A stretch of DNA of 54,676 bases, counting the filler, from Basidiobolus ranarum (lineage: Eukaryota), in the NCBI GenBank assembly GCA_040143965.1. It is 4 parts of 4 records of this genome, joined end to end, with 100 filler letters (N's around TTAATTAATTAA, not from the genome) between each part and the next. Parts side by side here need not be neighbours in the genome. Positions count along the whole stretch, not along the records: positions 27,426 to 41,015 come from JASJQH010000475.1; positions 41,116 to 54,676 come from JASJQH010000477.1; 2 more parts are not named here. One strand, 5' to 3'. Shown here piece by piece: positions 38,394-48,571 of the stretch (position 1 is the first letter of the stretch; the number at the start of each line of letters is the position of its first letter). A model generated the notes under the pieces. That model saw only the letters and a list, made by a program, of their open reading frames with translations. It was not told the DNA's origin and did no database searches. Made by a program: the position numbers and the translations under genes.

Positions 38394-39302
38394 CTATGCC
38401 CAGTCACAGATTATGGAGTCACCATTGGTCTTGCAGACGGTACCGGGGGAGCAGGCATTGGCAACTGACTTGCCATAGACACAGACAGTGTATTTATCCG
38501 ATTTACCAGAATCAGCGCATTTGTAGGAACCATGCTCGCATGCAACATCAGTAGGCTGTGGAGCATCTGAAGTTACATATACGGTAGTAGTAACGGTGAC
38601 CACTGGACATGTAGGAGCAACAGTGGGGGTAGTTCCAGTAGATACCTGGGTCTCAGTAGGTTTTTGAGTTTCACTAGTACTGGTAGGTTCTTGAGTAGTA
38701 GTCTCAGAAGTCTTGGAAGACTCGTGAATCTCGGTAGTTTCTGAAGGCTTTTGAGTTTCAGTGGTGCTGGTAGGCACTTGAGTAGTAGTCTCAGAAGTCT
38801 TGGAGGATTCTTGAGTCTCGGTAGTTTTACTAGATTCTTCAGACTCGGTTGATTTCTGAGTCTCGGTGGATTTACTAGGCTTTACAGTCTCGGAGGTCTT
38901 AGTAGGCTCAGGTGTCTTGGTAGGTTCTGGAGTCTTGGTAGGCTCAGGAGTTTTAGTAGGTATGGGATCATTCTTATGCTGATTGTACCACTCACAGATA
39001 GGTCCTTGAAGTTCCATCGATGCCATGATATCTTTTCCGTCACATTTGCTTTCAGTGAGACACTGTAAACTGTTAGCCATGAATGCCCCGTTTCCAGGAT
39101 TGCTGGTATCGCAAAGACATGAGAAGGATTTAGCAAAGTTGGGATCAGTTTCATCTTGAGTATAGCTAGACCAACACTTCTTTCCAGCCTTCAAAGAGCA
39201 AGAAGTGATACATTCACTAGGATACTCAAAGGGAAAGTAATCAGAAGCGGAGACAACTGAAATGGCAGCAATAACAGCGAGGATTTGGTTAGCGAAATAC
39301 AT
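38394..39302 (-). CDS. Secreted protein: CFEM-like domain + PTKTPE repeats/S/T stalk + CBM19-like module (paralogue D)
   Basis: Signal peptide, 8-Cys domain, C-terminal CEHGSYKC...CSPGTVC...ICDWA. Confidence 0.88.
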   Translation of the reverse strand: MYFANQILAVIAAISVVSASDYFPFEYPSECITSCSLKAGKKCWSSYTQDETDPNFAKSFSCLCDTSNPGNGAFMANSLQCLTESKCDGKDIMASMELQGPICEWYNQHKNDPIPTKTPEPTKTPEPTKTPEPTKTSETVKPSKSTETQKSTESEESSKTTETQESSKTSETTTQVPTSTTETQKPSETTEIHESSKTSETTTQEPTSTSETQKPTETQVSTGTTPTVAPTCPVVTVTTTVYVTSDAPQPTDVACEHGSYKCADSGKSDKYTVCVYGKSVANACSPGTVCKTNGDSIICDWA

Positions 39303-39397
39303 CTTTGTTGAAAAGTGTGATAATAAACATAGCCTGAATTACGGGAGGTATTTATACCATTCTATACTGTGCTTGCTGTAAAAATCTCTGGTTAAAA

Positions 39398-39406
39398 TTC
39401 TTGGCA
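39398..39406 (-). promoter_or_regulatory. TGCCAAGAA box (PacC/Rim101-like) upstream of paralogue D
   Basis: 96-104 bp upstream of the ATG, upstream of TATAAATA. Confidence 0.65.
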
Positions 39407-40884
39407 TTAGTATTGAGGCCTGGAAGCATACCTATTTCCAACTTGGTAAGAGGAACTCATACACAACATTTGCCTTCACGACAATCCTAGATTCACTTTG
39501 AAACGGTTCTGGAATAGTGAAAAGTAACATGGCATAAGAGTATTGTGATCTAATAAAAAATGAAGTCATAATAGTCTAGATATTTCCGCCACAATTGGTT
39601 GGCGTATTGTATTGATGCTTATCGAATAGATTCTACAGTTCCCTCGTTTTGAGTATTTTCACGAGAATTGTTTATTTTGGTTGCTAAGGCGTAGCTAATA
39701 AAAACAATAGTCGTAGGATGAACCACTGGACTTGAATTCATCTATGTTCACTTGTGAGGTATACACTTTTCTTAACAGAGGTTAGAATCGAGCTTTAACG
39801 CCAAAGATCAAACTCGTTTATCGGATAGGGTATACTACATATATCCTGTATCTATTTTCTTCGTATGTCTAGACGAGATCCATTCGTGAATTTTGAAATT
39901 TGTGCAAACGTCAATGTACTCAACTAAAAGAAGCGGAAAATTTATCAAGATTCTATAATTAGTAGAGCATTTGAGAAATACATTGATAACGGCACCAAAT
40001 GTTTTGACATTTCTATAATACATGCCAAAAAAATTAGCCTTCATGGCGAACTTACATTTTTATTGTTCTATCATTTTAAAAGGTTAGTGCGCTCTACTCC
40101 CCCTCATGTCTTCTTAGAACTAAACCATTGAAGTCACAATCTCTATCGAATGACTTTTCTCAAGTTTATTGTAAGGAGTATTCAGTTGGATCTGGTCCCT
40201 TATTAACAAATTCATCGCCTACACTGTTAGGAAAATAACTCGAACTTGTTATGGTAAAAAGAGATATTTTTGGCATTCGGATATAAAATAATTCTCATAC
40301 AGCAGTTAGATCTACTACTACACAAATCTGCCAATATCAACTGGAAATTCGGACACCACTGCCACATTGGACGAAACAACATTGATCAGAATTCGATGAT
40401 TTAGAAATGATCTGTAGTCGATTAATTGAACTTAGCACCAAAAGATTCGGCTCGTTATATATAGATGAGCCGAAATATTCACGCAGATTGAGAAGCTATT
40501 TTATCAGCATAGAATTACTTATCTGTAGTGGGAGAATCAACAAAGTAGCTATGAAACCAGTTGGCATTTCAAGTGATTTTCCTAATGAGGCACTAGATGA
40601 TAAGTAGATGTAAATTTAGCGATGCAACAAAATCTAAGTTTGAGCGATTATCTACCACTCGATATCTGCTTGATAATCTGTTTACTTCTTAACTACTCGA
40701 TTTACCATGTCAACTTCAGCAAGACTCTTGTGCGTTCAGGTGATACGATCGTATTTTGAATGAATCCTTCGTAATGTAACCAACCATATATTATTGTCTG
40801 AATATTCTTAGTATAAAACCATCCATCCTCGCCTAATTGAAGTTCGTGCTTCGAAAATTTCATTTTGTATCAATTAATTCTAAG

Positions 40885-41015
40885 ATGGTTTTCCAAATGC
40901 GTGCCGCTACCCGCCTTTTGGCTTCTCGTTCTACCTTCGCTTTGAAGTCTCTCTCAACCCCTTTAGTCGTTAGAGCTCTTCCTAAGCCTACCTTTACCCC
41001 TCGCTTCGCTACTAG
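40885..41015 (+). CDS. 5' end of a gene encoding a mitochondrial presequence; product unknown (truncated at contig end)
   Basis: MVFQMRAATRLLASRSTFALKSLSTPLVVRALPKPTFTPRFAT: R/S/L/A-rich with no acidic residues; TATAAAA at about 40812. Confidence 0.65.
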
Positions 41016-41115
41016 NNNNNNNNNNNNNNNNNNNNNNNNNNNNNNNNNNNNNNNNNNNNTTAATTAATTAANNNNNNNNNNNNNNNNNNNNNNNNNNNNN
41101 NNNNNNNNNNNNNNN
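41016..41115. other. Artificial contig-joining spacer
   Basis: N-run/TTAATTAATTAA/N-run, 100 nt. Confidence 0.98.
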
Positions 41116-41864
41116 CTATCTATTTCTATTGATTGCTTGTGGGAAGCTGTCATTCTCGGTTTCTCTCAGGTATGGCCTTCAACAAGAACCGTGATTAACG
41201 GTGTTTCTTTGGGGGATGTGTGGCCATCAGATGTTCTGAAGAATTCGGAAAGTAACCTTCCCACTGATGAGCTGGTACCATTTCACAAGCTATCCCAATG
41301 GTTGACGTACTCCTTAATGGAGCCAATGAATCAGGTAATGGGAATCAAGTTTGACCAAGTAGAAAAAATGACTGGCCTTCCAGAATATCGTAATGGTATG
41401 TAATTTCGTTAGAGATTTCTACTTTGAATTCATAGAATACTCATGCTTCATAGGCGGTTTATTTGTTGACCTTGGAGTATTAACCTTGAAGAAAGAAGAT
41501 TATGAAAGAGGACTCGCTCAGCAAGACCAATCGGGAGCAGAAAAAGTTCCAAAATTTGCAGCTTTCGATCCAGTGGTTGTGGAATGGAGAGCTTTAACAA
41601 TTGTCCTTTTAGATATGACTGCGCAGAAGATCCGAGAAAACCTTGGGTTATCTAAAGAGGAATTGCAGTTAGCATCCATTTTGGAAGGAGGGACTTGGAA
41701 AGTAAGTTATCTGTTATCAAATGCACTAGTCTCAAAGAAATCTAAGCATCTGTCTACAACCACTGATACCAATTTTCTAGGCCGGACGCGAGATTGCTGC
41801 TCAACTTCGCCCTCAAACCAAAGGTCCACCTATTGCGATCATCTCCGATGGTACCGTTTTCTAA
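41116..41864 (+). CDS. DUF1688 / Urc4-Urg3 family protein (uracil catabolism), 3' part, 2 introns
   Basis: SLGDVWP, LVPFHKLSQWLTYSLMEP, TGLPEYRNG/GLFVDLGVL, VVEWRALT, ILEGGTWK/AGREIAAQLRP..GPPIAIISDGTVF*. Confidence 0.9.
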
Positions 41865-42509
41865 GATATCTGAATTCACATGTATCTTCTATTTTCTGGG
41901 AACTTTTCAGTTCGCTTATATACCCTGATGTATACTTTCAAATCAATAAAAGATTTCTTGAAAATTCTAGCGGAGCGTGTTTTTTAATGGTGACTAAAGC
42001 ATATGTATCTGATAATAAGAATGGATGAACCTGAATGGAATACCAGAGGTTCCATGAATACTGGGCATTTGTTGATGGGTAATATTTGAAAGCATTTGTG
42101 GAGGTCTTAATCTTCAGTTCAGTGATACGTAAAAATTCTAATTACCGGCTGTTGGAGAGGTGGGAACTCTAGTCCTTACTCTAAATACCTATACATTTGA
42201 GAATACTGGAATCTCTAGCCTTCACAATAACTTAAAATCGTATTGACGAATGATTCTTTAGCTGATCACTAGGAAAAAGCATGTCGAAGTAAATATTTCA
42301 TTTACATATATTGAGTTTTATTAATTTGAACAGCATTCATACTTGGTAGCAGGTTAAGGAACTACATTGTCATACAAAGGACAAAGGATGAAATTTACGA
42401 ATATAAAGAGTGCGTCAGTTTGAAGCTTCAGTGCTATGCGAGAGGGCTGGGATTAGAATTAGTGTAAGAGGTGGTTCAAGGGAGAAAGAAATTCGATTCT
42501 GTCATAATC

Positions 42510-42905
42510 TTAGGCGATTTGTTCCATGCCTGGTTCACCAATATGCTGGCCAAATGGCCATAGTGAAAGTTTTGCCAATTTCCAGTGTTGCATGGCGAAA
42601 GGAAAACCAACGATAGTTACTGCAAAGATCAGTGCAAAGGATAAATGTAAAAGGAAAGCTTCCCATCCTAACAAAAACAACCAGAGAACATTCATAACCA
42701 GACGTAGACCGTCGACATCAATACGAGGATTAAGCTGCTGTTCAAATGGGAAGAGTGCGAGAATGCTGAGTTTGAAGCATTCGTAACCGAAGGGAATACC
42801 AACTATAGTTAGCATACACAAAATGCCACCTATAAGATAGTAGAGGCCAAAAATCCAACCTCCCAGTAGAATCCAAAGAATATTACCAACGATTCCAATA
42901 ATCAT
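42510..42905 (-). CDS. YccF-domain (inner membrane component) protein, 131 aa, intronless
   Basis: Two repeats of N(I/V)LW...GW......(L/V)TIVG(I/F)PF...(F/W)KL..L.L(F/W)PF. Confidence 0.88.
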   Translation of the reverse strand: MIIGIVGNILWILLGGWIFGLYYLIGGILCMLTIVGIPFGYECFKLSILALFPFEQQLNPRIDVDGLRLVMNVLWLFLLGWEAFLLHLSFALIFAVTIVGFPFAMQHWKLAKLSLWPFGQHIGEPGMEQIA

Positions 42906-44439
42906 TTTAAAATCTCACACAACTGTAGAAGGGATAAATGTAGTGAAAGAGTAGGAGATACAAATGGTTTAGCAAGATGAGGCCTTTTGGAAAATTCAGG
43001 TCAAATATAAATGTGATTTGAATTTACCCTGATGACATCACTGATACCTATTTTCTATATATTTAGATTAGAAAGGCTAGCACTATTTGCTCACAGAATT
43101 CTCAAACGTCAGTAATGTAATGCTTAAGGTTATGATTGATATTCGGACGTCAAGAGCGTGCTGCGTCATTCAATTAGTTCCAATTTATATTTAACGATGC
43201 GTAGCTTGCTAGGATTCTAACGGCTTGGCACCGATGTAAATCTCCTAACCTGTGTGCCATCATCTTTTGAGTCCGCATAGAGATGGAAATGGTCATGTGA
43301 TTGTCAGTGTTGAAGTCCAAATCCCATCATTATTATCAAGGACTTGTGTTCGCTAGAAACAGAGCCTATGTAGTATGGATTAGAAATCGTTAATCTATAG
43401 ATCATGATGGTTACGCTAGCCTATTTGTGTTCTAGCTATATACTTGACTAGACACGGAGAGAGCATGCTTTGAATATCACACTCTTTCATCATAAATGAC
43501 CAAATACAGTATAGCGAATCGTCACATTGCGCCCTGAAAATTGGACGATTGACAGATGACTAATTACTAGAATGAGTGTATACGTAACGGACATATGCCT
43601 ATCTCAAGATTATTGCTGCAGGATCCGTCTGTCAGACCCCTGAAACAATGGAGGTATTTTTGTGCCTGGATCCATTAGCTGGTAGGGAGGTCATGGGCAA
43701 ATAGATATTGGGGTGGATACTTACATATAATTTGCCTCTGTCTATGCATAGTGTTGAAGGCTTTCGCATCGCTTTAGCGGCGAGCCTAGTACCGATTAAT
43801 GATTTTAGAACTGCAGATTTATTTTTGTCATACCTATTTTATGTAGTATAGGAATCTGGAGATCTCTATTACTACGCGCTTTTATGATCATAGTATTATA
43901 AGCCGCCAAACATAAGTACACTACTGTCACAACTACAAGGCTGTGGCTTCATCACACAGTTATCAGTGTTTAGACTCATCTGTAGAAATACATCTGAAAG
44001 AATTTTAATAGATTTTGAAAGTTTAATGGCACAATCGAAAAGAACTCAATATACTAAAGTGAACAAATGATAATTCTCGATCTCTGTCCTACATGATGAC
44101 TTTGAAGTATTTCTCCAATCTCCGCAACAGCAACCAACTTCATGGCTAACGAGAATTACATGAAGTGATACAATCTATACGCGAAATATATCCAAAACAA
44201 CAATAAATTAAAAGCTAGTAGAGATATTAGCTATCAGTAGAGAAGGATCAGTAACTATGTTTCCGTTTGAGTGAGCATCTCGAAAATAAAAAGCGTTATA
44301 TTTACCTCCAATGCGTTAGATTAAGTGAGTTCGATACAACGGAAGAAGCTATCTTAGAAAGAAATGTGTCTCGCATTTATGTAACTTCCTAAAGAGTAAG
44401 ATGGTAGAGGGCCAAGTTGCTTTGCACTTGGTCATCTAT

Positions 44440-45879
44440 TTAACTTAAATTTTTCATTTCTACGTCAGATTCATTGCCTTCCGGTAGCATGGTGTACGGA
44501 TATTCTTGTTGAAGAAAGCGCTTAAATGTATGTTGATACATTAGAAGTTTGACTTCGGCCAAGGCTTGATCCAGCATATCAAGTGCATATTCATCGTCTC
44601 GAATTCTTCTTTCAATTTCAGATACAATTTCTCCCTTAAGGTTTACTTGGTAATCAGAATCCATTTGAATGAACGTCTCATAGATTGATTTCAGCTCTAC
44701 TCTGATTTCTACTGGCAAACGATCTTCCTTTGTCGGGTCATGGCTCTTGACAAAGGCAGTTGGTGTAGTGCGTAGTCTAAGATAACGTTCATAGAATAGC
44801 GCATTTTCAATACTAAAGTCCTTCACGGTAAAGGCTTTAAACTTTTCGAAAAGAATCGGATGTTCAAGGACTTCCTCGAAACTAGGCAATTTTCGTCCGT
44901 TGAGATAGTTTTTGGCTCTTTTGTTAGTTTGGTAAATCTCAATCAATGGCAGGCCACAGTTCAGTAAATGTATGGACCACAATGTGCAGAAACCCCAAGT
45001 GCCTACTGGAATGACCGCACGAACATCATACAATACGGGGGTATAACTGAACAACAAGTGAAATAAAAATCCAGTTCCTGTTGCCAATACAATGAGTGAA
45101 AGCTCTTTGACAATGTTATAAGCGTCTGATACTCCTCGAATATATCGGATTACAATACTGCCGAACAAAAAGATCTCACAAGAGCCTATGACATAAACCG
45201 GAATGTATTCCCAACCGTTGAAACAGTCCAACCGTGGGTGTGCGGTGAAGGCATAGCTTTGAGTAAAAGCTTGTACTGTTATCGTCAATGCGATGTGGAA
45301 GAGGGTAAGGCCACCAAGAATACGAATTAGAAATCGATCTTCAAAGATATACGAATGGCGCTGAATCCAGTTACTTTCAAGGTCGTAATCTTGCGAAAGT
45401 TTTAGGTTTGTCGAAGAATCGATAGTTAAAAGCACGATAGACGGGTCACTTGATTGGTCTTTATTGGAGTTGATGGAGTTTGTCTTGCTTTTCTCCCTAA
45501 GTCCTTCCTGGCGACGCCTTTCAGCCTTCAGCTTAGCCAATGATGATCTGTAGAGATATGCGACACGAAGGAATTTCCCGACAGTGGTCAGCATAGTCAC
45601 TGGTGTCAACAGTGAACCAAACCACAAAGTTACAAAGCATGGTAGAAAGCTGGCAAATACAGGGCCCATCAAATATACTGTAGACAGCACAACATTTGCT
45701 GCTACTCCGATCATTGTAATTAGGAGACTACGTGATCGAATACCTGGGTGTTCTCTATATTTCCAGAAAAAAGTCGTAGTAATGAGGACTGATGACACAT
45801 ATAGTACGTATACCACGAATATTGATGCTTTCTGCCCATCAGAGACAGGAAAATCTTCAGCAGCCATTCTGTGTACCAT
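44440..45879 (-). CDS. Seven-transmembrane protein with C-terminal RGS domain (GprK-like), intronless
   Basis: Hydrophobic helices (IRSRSLLIT, FLPCFVTLW, DAYNIVKEL) followed by RGS motifs SFEEVLEHP..FEKFKAFTVKDFSIENALFY, IYETFI..S.YQVNL, LMYQHTFKRF. Start is 45879 or 45867. Confidence 0.88.
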   Translation of the reverse strand: MVHRMAAEDFPVSDGQKASIFVVYVLYVSSVLITTTFFWKYREHPGIRSRSLLITMIGVAANVVLSTVYLMGPVFASFLPCFVTLWFGSLLTPVTMLTTVGKFLRVAYLYRSSLAKLKAERRRQEGLREKSKTNSINSNKDQSSDPSIVLLTIDSSTNLKLSQDYDLESNWIQRHSYIFEDRFLIRILGGLTLFHIALTITVQAFTQSYAFTAHPRLDCFNGWEYIPVYVIGSCEIFLFGSIVIRYIRGVSDAYNIVKELSLIVLATGTGFLFHLLFSYTPVLYDVRAVIPVGTWGFCTLWSIHLLNCGLPLIEIYQTNKRAKNYLNGRKLPSFEEVLEHPILFEKFKAFTVKDFSIENALFYERYLRLRTTPTAFVKSHDPTKEDRLPVEIRVELKSIYETFIQMDSDYQVNLKGEIVSEIERRIRDDEYALDMLDQALAEVKLLMYQHTFKRFLQQEYPYTMLPEGNESDVEMKNLS

Positions 45880-47673
45880 ACACGCTCTGTATAGATGAGT
45901 TGAAAATAGATACTTGGTACAACCCACGCTCAGACACCCTTTTATAGCCTCTTCATCCAGGCTGACCTACATAATGATAACTACCTCATTCTGTACAAGT
46001 TTCTTGTTCTACATATACTCTTCCCTTTTCGGGTTATATTCTGTTCTTTTTCGAGAATCGTATATGGCTCAAGCTTCGTAAGAGGAATCGCAAGATGTAC
46101 ATAGGATCAGTACTCTATAGGTTTTCATTCATGCTCTCTGCCAACAACAGAGCCAAACGTACACTTCAAGTGAATACATGTACTCCTGAAACTATTTGTT
46201 CTCCAATCTTGAATCGATTCAAGACTGTCAGCCCCCTATTACCGTTACCATAGATGCGACTTGAATGAACATTGAAACGCCCTGTGGTGAGAGATATAGA
46301 TCGGGCACAATTGAGAAGGCTGCGATAAATACCTGCTAAGCATGGTTTGAAAATCATTCAAGAATTGAATGTGAATGAATGATACTTATGGGAGGCAATC
46401 TTTTAATAAAAGTCAATTTACATATGGCTTAACACATCCCTACATACGGTGACAAACCATTTTAGACAAGAATTTAAGCAAGTCGAAGGGAGGAGTGACT
46501 CTGGCAAAGCATCAAATATAATTTCTCATGGGCCTACATTATCTAATTACACTGGTTGTCATTTGGGCGTGATTCTCGCGACAAAAACATACATCAAGAA
46601 AAGTAACTCATGGCATTAGTATGCATTGCTAATGCAAGGAAATTAGCGCACTTCCAATGTAAACTGCCATAGTTAATTTCCCTAAATATATCACCAATTG
46701 ACGTAATTCGATAATTATCTCAACCAGTTTTGAACCGGTATGTTCTGCTCTCCTGTCTTGCAAAACTCTTTGTATTCTACAATTAAAGAGCAACTCATTT
46801 GGTTATGTAACTTGAACAATGTTGATCTAAAGATGACTATAAATGCTTCCTTAATCCCCCGCACTGTGACCTGAGTCACTTACAGTGCGATTAGTTTCAC
46901 TGTATTTCTCGGATTCGACTCTGAAATCATTATGTGATCGATTCATCTCACTTTACTATAACATAAACTCTGACCACTCACATGGTACTGTTCTTCCTTT
47001 CCCTAATACCTGTTCAATCAAATCGAAGCTAAGAAGCTGCGAACCACATGAAACAAAGTTTATGCCTAAACTTTAAGGTTAGTTGATAGCATATGGATTA
47101 TTCTGTGGCACATCATTGTATCAATTAAATAGCACAATTGCCATATCAAAGTTCCCGATTCAAGGTCACAGCCACAATGCGTCCACTCTTTCTAGAGAGT
47201 GATTTTGGGACGCAACGACTCACAAATTGTTCTCCTAGGGGGATCTACAGGCTTTTAATGGGCATTGGAAGTGCCAGAAGTCTAGGTGATAGTTGAGTTA
47301 TTGTTATTTCAAAGCTTAGTAATTTGACCTGAAACAACTTCAATATCTTCGATTATTGGTCGTGACCACCACCACTGTGAGTACACCAAGCCAATGCGGT
47401 AGCTGGAAAAGATGTTGGTTGCTTATGTCAGCTGGTCTTTCATGCTTCGGATCGCTAACACTGTATAAGGGGGCAGCTTATAGGCCTTTCATTCCTATTT
47501 GATTTGGTAGACTATTGATACGTCCCAATTTTCATGACGTAAGAAATCTTATTATTCAATTAGAAAAGTTCTAGCGACATTTTGTACTGACTACATCACC
47601 AGTGAGATTTCTACCAGTGGGCAACTATTCAGAGGAAGGATGGAATCATTGCATTTTATTTTTAATATTAGCA

Positions 47674-48102
47674 TTAACTCAAGTTCATTTGCATGGATTC
47701 TATCTTCGAGACACCGACCATTGCCTCTACCTCGATCTCAACTAGAAGCTCCGAATCAATAAGCCCGGAAACTTCCACCATGGTTGAAGCTGGAAATATC
47801 CCTGCTAATGCCTCCTTATGGGCACTCCCCACTTTTTTCCAATTTTCCTTGATATTTACGACGTACATTCGTACGCGATAGATATCTTTAGTGTGGGCTC
47901 CAAGACTCTTCAAAGCTAATTCAATGGTTTGGAATATGCGCAGAGTTTGATGATAAGCATCCCCATGGTGAACAATTACCCCAGTCTCGGGATCAGTGGA
48001 GGTAGTGCCAGTAACCACCACTTGATTACCCACACGAACAGCTCGTGAATAGCCAACCTCAGGTTCCCAAGGGCTGTTACTACTAAGGTTTGTCCGAATC
48101 AT
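47674..48102 (-). CDS. Rid/YjgF/YER057c/UK114 family protein (non-RidA type), intronless
   Basis: SPWEPEVGYSRAVRVGNQVVVTGTT, DAYHQT, RVRMYV, PASTMVEVSGLIDSELLVEIEVEA. Confidence 0.9.
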   Translation of the reverse strand: MIRTNLSSNSPWEPEVGYSRAVRVGNQVVVTGTTSTDPETGVIVHHGDAYHQTLRIFQTIELALKSLGAHTKDIYRVRMYVVNIKENWKKVGSAHKEALAGIFPASTMVEVSGLIDSELLVEIEVEAMVGVSKIESMQMNLS

Positions 48103-48571
48103 GATGTGCCTGGAATCAAGTGAGTAGCCTTCTTTTATATGGGCTTTTTGTCATTGTGACTCAAAGTACTGTGAGAATATACTGCATAAAATCATTTCAA
48201 TTTCTAGATTTGATAAAACCCTATCACTCTACCGGTACTGTTTGAATGTTTTCCATCTTTCATGGCAGCTGTGTTTATAGTTAGCAAGATATTAGCCATG
48301 TAACTACATCTCCCTCCCAGGTTACCATGCAACTTTAAAATGCGCAGTTTTGATTTATAATGCTATTTGTAATACTATTTGTAATGCTAGTTTTAATTGG
48401 CTGAGGTAAACATGAGACTTACTAATCAATCAATATGATATCATGTTTTTTCTAGGAAATCTCATCTCTTTACCCGCAGCACTTGCTAAATTTGATTCAT
48501 TGAAAATTTAGCATTTGACTTGCTAACAAGTGTTGTATCTTGGTTAGTTACCGATTCAGTAAGCCAACAAT

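Noticed and set aside
32787-39154. Antisense and alternate-frame ORFs over the array (similar ones overlap the SAM and NDK genes)
   Set aside because: By-products of biased codons and low-complexity S/T/E repeats.
13617-41115. Gene neighbourhoods across the N gaps and the TTAATTAATTAA motif as a biological repeat
   Set aside because: Identical 100-nt artificial spacers; contig lengths descend (13616, 13609, 13590, 13561), indicating size-sorted concatenation with no synteny.
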